Assembly: GCA_036625635.1 (NCBI GenBank)
Contig: JAZKTI010000001.1
Span: 1 to 36,677, forward strand
Direction: 5' to 3'
From: Haloarculaceae archaeon
GTDB lineage: Archaea > Halobacteriota > Halobacteria > Halobacteriales > Haloarculaceae
DNA: 36,677 bases
A program made the position numbers and the translations under genes. The notes below the pieces were generated by a model, which searched no databases, was not told where the DNA came from, and saw nothing but the letters and a program-made list of their open reading frames with translations. Positions 26,007 to 34,219 of this stretch are shown one piece after another; within the stretch, counting starts at the first letter, position 1; the number at the start of each line of letters is the position of its first letter.

Positions 26007-27164
26007 CTACATCATGCCCTTGCCGAGCATCTCGCGGGCGATGATGTTCTTCTGGATCTCGGTCGTCCCCTCGTAGATCTGGGTGATCTTGGCGTCGCGG
26101 TAGAACCGCTCGACGTCGAAGTCGTTGACGTAGCCGGCTCCGCCGTGGATCTGGACGGCCTCGTCTGCGACGTCGACGGCCACGCGGGAGGCGTACTCCT
26201 TGGCCATCGAAGCCAGGGCGGTGAGCTGTTCGTCGGCGTTCCGGACGCTCCAGGCGGACTTGTAGGTGAGCTGGCGGGCAGCCTCGGTCCGGGTGTGCAT
26301 GTCCGCGAGCTTGTGCTGGATGGCCTGGAACTCGCTGATGGACTTGCCGAACTGCTCGCGCTCCTGGGCGTACTCGAGGGCGCGCTCGGTCGCGCCCTTG
26401 GCGATGCCGACGCCCTGGGCGGCGACGGCGGTGCGGGTCTCGTCGAAGAACTGCATGAGCTGGAGGAAGCCGGCGCCGCGGTTGCCGACCAGGTTTGCCT
26501 CGGGGACCCGGACGTCGTCGAACAGGAGCTCCGCCGTGTCCGAGGCACGGATGCCGAGTTTGCCGGTGATCTTCTCGGCCTCGAAGCCCTCGCGGTCGGA
26601 CTCGACGATGATCTGGGAGAAGCCGTTGTACCGGCCTTCGGCCTCGGGGTCGGTCTGGACCAGGACGACGAAGAAGTCGCCGACGGTCCCGTTGGTGATC
26701 CACATCTTGTTGCCGTTGATGACCCACTCGTCGCCGTCCTTCTCGGCGCGGGTGGAGACCGAGGAGACGTCCGACCCCACGTCGGGTTCGCTGATGGCCG
26801 CGCCCATGATGGCTTCGCCCGTCGCGACGGGTTCCAGGTACTCCTCTTTCTGGTCCTCCGTCCCGAAGCCGATGATGGCGTCCGAGCCGAACGAACAGGC
26901 GACGATGGAGAGGCCGATGCCGGGGTCCGCGGCGAAGAGTTCCTCGATGATCATTGCGGTGTCGAGGGGCGAGTAGCCGGCGCCACCGTACTCGATCGGG
27001 ATGTTCGCACCCGTGAGGCCCATCTTCGCCGCCTCCTCGACCACGTCGTGTGGGAACTTCTCCTCGACGTCGAACTCGGTCGCGACGGGTTCGACCTCGT
27101 TGGCCGCGAAGCGACTGACCTCCTCGCGGATCTGTTCCTGTTCCGGTGACAGGCTGAAATCCAT
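26007..27164 (-). CDS. acyl-CoA dehydrogenase
   Basis: The sequence runs MDFSLSPEQEQIREEV...QIHGGAGYVNDFDVERFYRDAKITQIYEGTTEIQ. ATG at 27164; an alternative in-frame ATG lies at 27191. Confidence 0.93.
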   Translation of the reverse strand: MDFSLSPEQEQIREEVSRFAANEVEPVATEFDVEEKFPHDVVEEAAKMGLTGANIPIEYGGAGYSPLDTAMIIEELFAADPGIGLSIVACSFGSDAIIGFGTEDQKEEYLEPVATGEAIMGAAISEPDVGSDVSSVSTRAEKDGDEWVINGNKMWITNGTVGDFFVVLVQTDPEAEGRYNGFSQIIVESDREGFEAEKITGKLGIRASDTAELLFDDVRVPEANLVGNRGAGFLQLMQFFDETRTAVAAQGVGIAKGATERALEYAQEREQFGKSISEFQAIQHKLADMHTRTEAARQLTYKSAWSVRNADEQLTALASMAKEYASRVAVDVADEAVQIHGGAGYVNDFDVERFYRDAKITQIYEGTTEIQKNIIAREMLGKGMM

Positions 27165-27348
27165 GTGCTTTTGCAAGGCAAGCGGGCCCATAACAGTTCG
27201 TAATCACGAAGAAACAGGCATAGGGTTTAAAGAATCGACGCATTTGTACGATTAGAAGTGCCTCTACAAGGGATACAACTGGTAGACAGTTTCCTGGAGA
27301 GAAAGAAACGTTGAAGCCGCGTCCGGGAGTCTTCGAACACGTACAACC

Positions 27349-29328
27349 ATGAATCTCGAGGACGTCGACACGATCACAGTTCTGGGGGCCGGGACGATGG
27401 GACACGGGATCGCAGAGGTGGCCGCACTTGCCGGCTACGACGTGGCTCTCCGCGATATCGAGGCGGACATCGTTCAGGACGGCTACGACCAGATCGAGTG
27501 GAGCCTGAACAAACTCGCCGAGGACGGTCACGTCCCCGACGATGAGGCCGAGGCGGCCCTCGACCGAATAAGCACCCACGTCGACCTCGCCGAGGCCGTC
27601 GAGGACGCCGACGTGGTGATCGAGGCCATCATCGAGGAGATGGAGATCAAGCGCCAGGTGTACGACGAACTCGACGATGTCGCTCCCGACCGGACGGTCT
27701 TCGCCTCCAACACGTCGAGCCTCTCGATCACCGACCTCTCGGAGGTCACCGACCGGGCCGACCAGTTCTGCGGGATGCACTTCTTCAACCCGCCGATCCG
27801 GATGGACCTCGTCGAGGTCATCCGCGGCGACCACACGGACGATGAGACGATGGACCTGATCGTCGCCCTCGCCGAGGACATGGACAAGGAGCCGGTCCGG
27901 GTCCGGAAGGACGAACCCGGGTTCGTCGTCAACCGCGTCCTCGTGCCGCTGATGAACGAGGCCTGCTGGATAGTCGAATCGGGGGACGCGACCATCGAGG
28001 CGGTCGACGCGACGACCGCCTACGAAGTCGGCCTCCCGATGGGCGCCTTCGAACTCGGCGACCAGGTCGGCAACGACGTCACCCTTCACGTCCTGGAGTA
28101 CCTCCACGAGGTGCTGGGCGACCCCTACGAGCCTTGCCCGCTCCTCGAACGCACCGTCGAGGCAGAGAAGTACGGGAAGAAGACCGGCGAGGGCTTCTAC
28201 GAGTACGGGGACGGCCCGGGCGCGGAGTACTCGCCCGACGCCGCCCGCGAGGAGGTCGCAACGCGGTTGCTCGCCGCCGTGGCCAACGAGGTCGGCAAAC
28301 TCCTCGAGAACGACGTCGCCCCAGTCGAGGACGTCGACCGCGCCGTCGTGCTCGGCGGCGCGTGGCCGGACGGGCCCGCGAAACTCGCGGACGAGCACGG
28401 GCTCGACGAACTCGTCGAGGTCCTCGAAGAGCTCCACGAGGAGACCGGCGCCGCCCGCTACGAGGTCTCCGAGGGTCTGCTGGAGGCCGCAGACGAGGGC
28501 GGCTTCTACGGCGGCGAGGCCGAGGGCGAGGCCACCGAAGCGGTCGACTTCGAGACCATCCGCCTCGAGTATCCCGCCGAGCACGTCGGGGAGATCGTCC
28601 TCGACCGCCCCCAGCAGATGAACACGGTCACGCCCGAGTTACTCGACGAGTTCGACGCCGCCCTCGATGAACTGGAGGCCGACGACGGGGTTCGCGCGGT
28701 CCTCGTCCGGGGTGCCGGCGACCGCGCTTTCTGTGCGGGCGCCGACGCCGTCGGCATGGCCGGCAGCGCCGAACCGGTCGCCGCGGTCGACCTCGGCCGG
28801 CAGGGCGCGTCGACCTGGGGCAGACTCGAGGAGATCCCGATGCCGGTCGTGGGCGCCATCGACGGGTACGCACTCGGCGGCGGGATGGAGATGGCCGCCT
28901 GCGCGGACATGCGGATCGCCTCGGAGCGCTCCACCTTCGGCCAGCCCGAACACGATCTGGGCATCATGCCGGGCTGGGGCGGGACCCAGCGGCTTGCGAA
29001 CCACGTCGGCGAGGGCCGAGCCAAGGAGATCATCTTCACCTGCGACCACTACGACGCCGAGACGATGTATGACTACGGCTTCGTCAACGAGGTCGTCGAG
29101 CCCGAGGAGTTCGACGAGCGGGCCCTCGCACTCGCCGAGGATCTCGCAGCCGGCCCGCCCATCGCCCAGGAGTACACCAAGCGGGCGATGCTCGCGGGCC
29201 GGGACGACACCGAGGCCGGCCTCGAGGCCGAGGCCCAGGCCTTCGGTCACCTCATCGGTACCGAGGACTTCTTCGAGGGCGTCGCGAAGTTCCGCAGCGA
29301 CGAGGAGCCCGAGTTCGAGGGGAAGTAA
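27349..29328 (+). CDS. bifunctional 3-hydroxyacyl-CoA dehydrogenase / enoyl-CoA hydratase (FadB-like fusion)
   Basis: The 659-aa ORF has an N-terminal NAD fold (VLGAGTMGHGIA, HFFNPP) and a C-terminal crotonase fold (GYALGGGMEMAACADMRIAS). It is divergent from the acyl-CoA dehydrogenase gene. Confidence 0.92.
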   Translation: MNLEDVDTITVLGAGTMGHGIAEVAALAGYDVALRDIEADIVQDGYDQIEWSLNKLAEDGHVPDDEAEAALDRISTHVDLAEAVEDADVVIEAIIEEMEIKRQVYDELDDVAPDRTVFASNTSSLSITDLSEVTDRADQFCGMHFFNPPIRMDLVEVIRGDHTDDETMDLIVALAEDMDKEPVRVRKDEPGFVVNRVLVPLMNEACWIVESGDATIEAVDATTAYEVGLPMGAFELGDQVGNDVTLHVLEYLHEVLGDPYEPCPLLERTVEAEKYGKKTGEGFYEYGDGPGAEYSPDAAREEVATRLLAAVANEVGKLLENDVAPVEDVDRAVVLGGAWPDGPAKLADEHGLDELVEVLEELHEETGAARYEVSEGLLEAADEGGFYGGEAEGEATEAVDFETIRLEYPAEHVGEIVLDRPQQMNTVTPELLDEFDAALDELEADDGVRAVLVRGAGDRAFCAGADAVGMAGSAEPVAAVDLGRQGASTWGRLEEIPMPVVGAIDGYALGGGMEMAACADMRIASERSTFGQPEHDLGIMPGWGGTQRLANHVGEGRAKEIIFTCDHYDAETMYDYGFVNEVVEPEEFDERALALAEDLAAGPPIAQEYTKRAMLAGRDDTEAGLEAEAQAFGHLIGTEDFFEGVAKFRSDEEPEFEGK

Positions 29329-29347
29329 TCAGACCGGCCTCTCACGT

Positions 29348-29536
29348 ATGTTTATATTTCAGAACGTACCTATCGTACCCGATGGTGAACCGATACCGTA
29401 ATCGGTGGTGGTTGGAGGAGAAGTACCGGTAGGGAATTTGGTCCTTCTCTGCAACAGTTGCCACACGAAGGCTGACTTCGGAGACGTGTCTTTCGACCCC
29501 GAACTCGACTCAGAGTACATACCCGATGATCAATAA
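29348..29536 (+). pseudogene. remnant of an HNH-type endonuclease gene with an in-frame TAA
   Basis: A single frame reads MFIFQNVPIVPDGEPIP*SVVVGGEVPVGNLVLLCNSCHTKADFGDVSFDPELDSEYIPDDQ*. GG...NL..LC..CH resembles the HNH core. The stop is at 29399-29401 and the upstream His is missing. Confidence 0.35.
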
Positions 29537-29602
29537 ATTGAGTGGCCCGGGTTCGGCGGGAAAGACAGGCTTTAATACAGCAAGGGAGTGAACTTCGAAT
29601 GC

Positions 29603-29707
29603 GCTCGGTTGGTGTAGTCCGGCCAATCATTTCGGCCTTTCGACAATCATGGGTCGTCCCAGGTTGGAAGAGAGCCGATGACCGGGGTTCAAATCCCCGA
29701 CCGAGCA
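29603..29707 (+). tRNA. tRNA-Glu(UUC) with a 30-nt intron at the canonical 37/38 position (intron 29643-29672)
   Basis: Acceptor GCTCGGT/ACCGAGC. Anticodon stem TCGGC/GCCGA with loop CTTTCG|intron|A. T arm CGGGG-TTCAAAT-CCCCG, a 4-nt variable loop and discriminator A. The junctions fit a bulge-helix-bulge motif: a 4-bp central helix CUUU/GGAA flanked by 3-nt bulges CG|A and AG|A, plus a lower helix CAAUC/GGUUG. Confidence 0.85.
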
Positions 29708-29819
29708 TGGATTGTCGAGCGACCACCGGGATTGAGACGAATCCACGCCCAGGGAGTGGATTTGAGCCCAGTCAGAGGCAACTCGCGCAGGGCCGACGGC
29801 CCGAGCAGGACGTTCTGAC

Positions 29820-29844
29820 TCCGGTTCAAATCCCGGCCGGCGCA
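29820..29844 (+). pseudogene. orphan tRNA 3'-end fragment (T arm + acceptor 3' strand + discriminator), no matching 5' half
   Basis: TCCGG-TTCAAAT-CCCGG-CCGGCGC-A. The T stem has one C-C mismatch. No GCGCCGG-type 5' acceptor strand, D arm or 7-nt anticodon loop can be found upstream. Confidence 0.5.
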
Positions 29845-29845
29845 T
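29829..29845 (+). repeat. 17-nt direct repeat AATCCCGGCCGGCGCAT, copy 1 (att-like core)
   Basis: It is identical to 30730-30746. Both copies lie in T-arm/acceptor-like sequence. Confidence 0.85.
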
Positions 29846-30031
29846 AATTTTGTAAGTTGTGATATCGGCTGTTATAGATGCTGGAAGCCGTGTTCCTCAC
29901 CACCCGCCGTTGGTGGGAACACATGTTTTACCCGTAAAACCAGTGTTCAACTCAGAGTCGGTGAATTCGGTCGTAGAGGATGGAATCTGGCGAACGAACG
30001 TTTTTGTATTGCTGCGACCAACGCTAAATGT

Positions 30032-30310
30032 ATGGTGAGCATCGAATGTACCGACGATGTCTTGGGCGGTGAGCCTCGCATCGCTGGCACACGCGTTGGG
30101 GTTCTTGACATTTATGAGCTTGTAGCTGGGGGCGGGTATTCCCCGGAAGACCTCGCCGATCAACTCGACTCATCGCTCGCCCAAATCTACGCTGCTCTCG
30201 CTTATTATCACGAACATTCTGAGGAGATGCGGGAGCTTCGACGAGAGCGCGAAGAACTGGAATCGCGCCTCTCAGAAGAGGCACTCAGTCCACCTGAACC
30301 TGCACAGTGA
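30032..30310 (+). CDS. DUF433 domain protein (antitoxin-like)
   Basis: LGGEPRIAGTRVGVLDIYELVAGGGYSPEDLADQLDSSLAQIYAALAYYHEH matches the DUF433 signature. Confidence 0.85.
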   Translation: MVSIECTDDVLGGEPRIAGTRVGVLDIYELVAGGGYSPEDLADQLDSSLAQIYAALAYYHEHSEEMRELRREREELESRLSEEALSPPEPAQ

Positions 30311-30666
30311 CAGTTTCTTTTCTTACCGACGAACACGTCCCCAGTGTATTCGTTAGCACATTGCGCTCCAATGATTTGACGGTAAAACGCGCGAGGGACG
30401 TCCTTGGACAAGGAACTCCGGATTTCGAGCTGCTCGAATACGCTGCCGAAAACGATCTCGTGTTCATAACCCATGACAAGAAGGACTTCGGTGGGGAGCT
30501 TGGAGACTCAATCGAGCATGCCGGCCTCGTTATCTACACCAACCCCGTGTTTCTCCGTCAATCGCCGGCGAAAGCTGTTCACACGCTTGAGCGGATTATT
30601 GAGCATTATCCATCTCATGAACTCGCAGGAAGCCGGGTGTGGATCGATCAGTGGCGAAGCCGATAG
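30307..30666 (+). CDS. DUF5615 family PIN-like protein (toxin-like)
   Basis: The GTG start at 30307 overlaps the upstream TGA (GTGA). MTVSFLTDEHVPSVFVSTLRSNDLTV...DFELLEYAAENDLVFITHDKDF is typical of the DUF5615/Mut7-C-like partners of DUF433. Confidence 0.85.
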   Translation: MTVSFLTDEHVPSVFVSTLRSNDLTVKRARDVLGQGTPDFELLEYAAENDLVFITHDKKDFGGELGDSIEHAGLVIYTNPVFLRQSPAKAVHTLERIIEHYPSHELAGSRVWIDQWRSR

Positions 30667-30720
30667 GCGGCTTGGGGACGAACATATCACTCGATTAATA
30701 TACCGATTTACCCGTAATAC

Positions 30721-30746
30721 CTGGGCTCTAATCCCGGCCGGCGCAT
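30721..30746 (+). repeat. second tRNA 3'-end-like fragment including copy 2 of the 17-nt repeat (30730-30746)
   Basis: CTGGG-CTCTAAT-CCCGG-CCGGCGC-A-T. The T stem pairs well but the loop is atypical. The upstream sequence has no tRNA features. Confidence 0.8.
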
Positions 30747-31061
30747 CGGAGTTTCTTCGCAGGGTCCGAATACCGAAGGAGGGTTCGGCACTACTGTTCC
30801 TCGAGACGCCGCATCGGGTGGTTCGAATTGGAACACGGTTTTTGCCCGCACCTCCCCATTTCCCGGCCAAAGGGAGACGAGCAACGAATCGGCCGTCGCG
30901 ATAAGCACTGGCGGTACGCGACGGCAACCATCGAATACGAGAAACGGCTCGCTCCGACACGAGCGTTCGGCGTGGACCTCCTCGTCAACGGCCTGGGATG
31001 TCGCCAAACTGAAGCCCGGTAGTCGTTCGAGCACCTCTCCGAACACCGTGGCGAACGGACT

Positions 31062-31960
31062 GTGAGTGGTCAAACAGGCGCCACAGCGACTCCCGTCGTC
31101 GACGATTCGGCTCTGCGTGCTGCCAAACTCCACAGTGCGAGGCCGACGGTTCTCAGAGACGCCGGCGCTGTCCCAGCAGAGATCAATCTCGGGAACGCCA
31201 CTGCCCACCACCTTCGCGGTGACGAGGAGGCACTCAGGGCACAGCGCCAGCGCGGCCTCGCCGGCAACTTCAGCTACCAGCTCGACAACCTCATGGACCA
31301 CTTCATCCGGAAAACCGATGAGGGGGACGCGCTCCGCCAGCCGGGACGGCGGGTTGTCGTGGCTGTACTTTCGGGAGCGGTGACCGAAACCCCCCGTATC
31401 GAACCCACCCGCATCGACCGGTCCTGTCCATCCTGCGGAGCGAGTGTCGAGATACGTTATACCGAGGCGAGGCTGGAGGGCTACTGGACCGAGTGTGCTG
31501 GGGTCGAGAGGGCCACACGATCGGCTGGGACGTCCGCCGACGGAGCAGACGGGCTCCTGGGACAGCTGCCGTTGCCCCCAGCAGGTATCGAAGATCGGGG
31601 CGTCGCGGAAGTCGAGGATGCCGCGGGGACCTGGGGGTCCGCGATATGATCGCGCTCTCGAAGGAGGTTTGTCCGCGGTGCTCTGTGCGACTCAACAGGG
31701 CGAACGTCTCTGTTGCGACCACGAAACGGCTGCAGGTCTCTGTCGGCCGTGTAACCTGATAGCCAGGCGAGCTACCTACTGCATGCGAGCCCAGTATTCA
31801 CCGATGGAACCGCTGCTACCCGAACAACCCGCCGGTATCGATAACATCGTTCTGCCGTCCCGGACTCTGCTGCTCACACAGCTGACCTGCGGTGGATATC
31901 TCCCCGCGGTGCGCTCGCTTGCTGGCCAACGCAGTCGCTCACGAAGGGCCACAGCCAGCC
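31062..31960 (+). pseudogene. frameshifted winged-helix (ArsR-like) regulator with C-terminal zinc-ribbon modules
   Basis: ORF 31062..31649 carries GNFSYQLDNLMDHFIRKTDEGDALRQPGRRVVVAVLSGA and CPSCGASVEIRY...LPLPPAGIEDR, then stops. The expected downstream cysteine modules continue in the other two frames (EVCPRCSVRL in the frame of ORF 31493..31759; LCCDHETAAGLCRPCN in the frame of ORF 31444..31965). Confidence 0.45.
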
Positions 31961-32233
31961 ACTGAGGGCCGCCGACCGGGCGCCCCTCGGGTCCCTGGTC
32001 TCCGCGCTCACACAAGTGATCGTCACTCCGGGGTAGACGGTCTCGCGACGCCCAATAGAGCCTCCCACCGCAGCTATTTCTAGCGTCGTAATGGGGCCCT
32101 TCGACCCGACTCGGGGGATGACCATTTGGGCCTGGGGCGCGTACACCCCACGGATGAAGGACCGAGTCGGAGGACACCCGTCCGTGGACGCAATCGGCGG
32201 GAGTCGGGCCGAAAGCGCTCCCGGAGAGGGGAC

Positions 32234-32641
32234 GTGATCGGACGGATCGGTCTCGAACGAACACCTGATGGCCACCGCCTCATCGCGAGTCATAAGATCG
32301 ACGCGCCGGCCGGTGACGTCTGGCGAGTCTTTGTCGAACCGGCTCGCTGGCCGACCTGGGGACCGAGCATCACTGCGGTCGACTGCGAGCACGAACGCAT
32401 CCGCGCCGGTACCACGGGACGAGTCCGGACCGTCGGCGGGCTCTGGCTCCCCTTCAAAATCGCCACCTGCCAGGACGACCGGTGGACGTGGCAGATCGGC
32501 CCCGTCACCGCGACCGGTCATCGCGTCACCCCGCTGGGCCCTGACCGCTGCAGAGTGGCGTTCGAGGTCCCGATCCTGGCCGGGCCCTACGTCCTCGTGA
32601 CCGTGATTGCCCTCCGGCGTATCGAGCGCCTGGTGACCTGA
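32234..32641 (+). CDS. SRPBCC (polyketide cyclase/START-like) family protein
   Basis: GTG at 32234 inside ORF 32126..32641. ...HKIDAPAGDVWRVFVEPARWPTWGPSI... is typical of the SRPBCC N-terminus. The upstream 36 codons are Arg-rich and not protein-like. Confidence 0.72.
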   Translation: MIGRIGLERTPDGHRLIASHKIDAPAGDVWRVFVEPARWPTWGPSITAVDCEHERIRAGTTGRVRTVGGLWLPFKIATCQDDRWTWQIGPVTATGHRVTPLGPDRCRVAFEVPILAGPYVLVTVIALRRIERLVT

Positions 32642-32740
32642 GGCGGGTCCGCAGACGAGCATCCGTCCCGAGGGCCGTGAGACACTCGGCCCCGTCCCCT
32701 CGCCGAAAGAGGTATGTGCCAGTACGGACCAGCCACAGAC

Positions 32741-32911
32741 ATGCCCCGCAAGGAGACCGTTTGTAACCACTGCGGGTATCGCGTGACGTGGAACCCCGAG
32801 ACGCGCGAGGGGCCGACGATCTTCTACGAGAAGGGACTGTGCCCCAGTTGCGAGCGATCCTTCGAGGACCGGGCGCCGGTTTCCGCCCGTCGCGGGCGCC
32901 ATCGCCGGTAG
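32741..32911 (+). CDS. small zinc-finger protein (CxxC...CxxC)
   Basis: MPRKETVCNHCGYRVTWNPETREGPTIFYEKGLCPSCERSFEDRAP... An alternative ATG lies at 32714. Confidence 0.5.
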   Translation: MPRKETVCNHCGYRVTWNPETREGPTIFYEKGLCPSCERSFEDRAPVSARRGRHRR

Positions 32912-33037
32912 CGGGTCAATATCGCCGGCCCAAACGGGGTCGCGGTCCCGGGCCGCGAGACCGTGTCTCAGTGTTGGGTCGGACGATCTGGTGGCGGAGC
33001 GGTAGCCATTTGGCGCGACCCGCTCAACGTGTCGTCC

Positions 33038-34219
33038 ATGCAGGTAGTCATCCTGGCCGCGGGACAGGGGACGCGGATGCGGCCGCTGACCGACGCGACG
33101 CCGAAACCGATGTTGCCGGTGGCCGACCGGCCACTCGCCGCCCACGCCGCCGACGCGGTCGTCGAAGGCGGGGCGACGGAACTGATCCTCGTGGTGGGAT
33201 ACGAGGCAGCGGCCGTGCGAGACTACTTCGGGGAGTCCTATCGGGGCGTCCCGGTCTCCTACGCGGTCCAGACTGAACAGCGAGGGACCGCCGACGCCGT
33301 CCGCGCGGCACGGGACCACCTCGAGGGCGACTTCGCGGTGCTCAACGGCGACAACCTCTACGACCGGGCCAGCGTCGAGGACCTCCTGGGTGCCGGCCCG
33401 GCCGTCGCCGCGACGCGGGTGCCGGACCCCACGAACTACGGCGTCCTGTCGACGGCCGACGGTCACGTGACCGACATCGTCGAGAAGCCGGCCGACCCGC
33501 CGACCGACCTGGCCAACGCCGGCGCATACGTCTTCCCCGCGGCCGCAAGGGACTGGCTGGACGTCGAGGCTTCGGCCCGCGGCGAGTACGAGATTACGGA
33601 CGTCCTGGATCGGGTGGTTGCGGAGTTCGACGTGACCCCGGTGACGGTCGACCGGTGGCTCGACGTGGGCCGCCCCTGGGAACTGCTGGCGGCGAACGAG
33701 TGGAAACTGGCCGAACTCGAGCGGAATCTCCACGGCGCGGTCGCCGAGTCCGCCGTGGTCCGGGGTGACGTCGTCGTCGAGGAGGGGGCGACGATCGAGC
33801 CCGGTGTCGTTCTCGAGGGTCCGGCACTGGTTCGCTCGGGGGCCGTCGTAGGGCCGAACAGCTACGTCCGCGGGGCGACGCTGCTCGGGGAGGACGTCCA
33901 CGTCGGCCAGAGCGTCGAGGTCAAGAACAGCGTCGTCCGTGGCGGGACCAACCTGCCCCACCTGACGTACCTCGGGGACAGCGTCGTCGGAATGGACGCG
34001 AACTTGGGGGCGGGAACGGTCGTCGCGAACCTCCGCCACGACGACCGGCCCATCGAGATCACCGTGAAGAGCGAGCGCGTCTCCACCGGGCGACGAAAGT
34101 TCGGCGTCGTCCTCGGGGACGAGGTCAAGACCGCCGTCGACACGACGCTGAACGCCGGCGTGACGCTCGGGACCGGCACACGGACGGGTCCCGGAGAGAC
34201 TGTTCTCCGGGACAAATAG
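33038..34219 (+). CDS. bifunctional sugar-1-phosphate nucleotidylyltransferase / acetyltransferase (GlmU-like)
   Basis: ATG at 33038 inside ORF 32963..34219. The N-terminus is MQVVILAAGQGTRMRPLT. The C-terminal third consists of left-handed beta-helix hexapeptide repeats. Confidence 0.9.
   Translation: MQVVILAAGQGTRMRPLTDATPKPMLPVADRPLAAHAADAVVEGGATELILVVGYEAAAVRDYFGESYRGVPVSYAVQTEQRGTADAVRAARDHLEGDFAVLNGDNLYDRASVEDLLGAGPAVAATRVPDPTNYGVLSTADGHVTDIVEKPADPPTDLANAGAYVFPAAARDWLDVEASARGEYEITDVLDRVVAEFDVTPVTVDRWLDVGRPWELLAANEWKLAELERNLHGAVAESAVVRGDVVVEEGATIEPGVVLEGPALVRSGAVVGPNSYVRGATLLGEDVHVGQSVEVKNSVVRGGTNLPHLTYLGDSVVGMDANLGAGTVVANLRHDDRPIEITVKSERVSTGRRKFGVVLGDEVKTAVDTTLNAGVTLGTGTRTGPGETVLRDK

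Larger units (their letters stand above)
29846..30729. mobile_element. 884-bp AT-richer segment bounded by the 17-nt direct repeats; probable remnant of a tRNA-integrated element retaining only a toxin-antitoxin pair
   Basis: It is flanked by tRNA-3'-end-like direct repeats and is visibly lower in GC than its surroundings. The only genes are the DUF433/DUF5615 pair. No integrase is present. Confidence 0.35.

Noticed and set aside
29785-29844. Reading GCGCAGG...CCGGCGCA (60 nt) as a complete second tRNA.
   Set aside because: The acceptor would have an A-G mismatch, the T stem a C-C mismatch, there is no D arm, and the only internal hairpins have 3-4-nt loops where a 7-nt anticodon loop is needed.
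30708-31301. 197-aa reverse-strand ORF in the island (MVHEVVELVAEVAGEAALALCPECLL...).
   Set aside because: It overlaps, in antisense, the N-terminal part of the + strand regulator-like ORF, whose wHTH block I can recognise. I recognise no motif in the reverse product. It cannot be fully excluded without a database search.
31930-31942. CGCAGTCGCTCAC matching the constant part of the 33-nt repeat unit, suggesting a dispersed repeat family.
   Set aside because: It is a single 13-nt match against a multi-copy query in GC-rich sequence, so the chance expectation is not negligible. It needs a genome-wide count before any claim.
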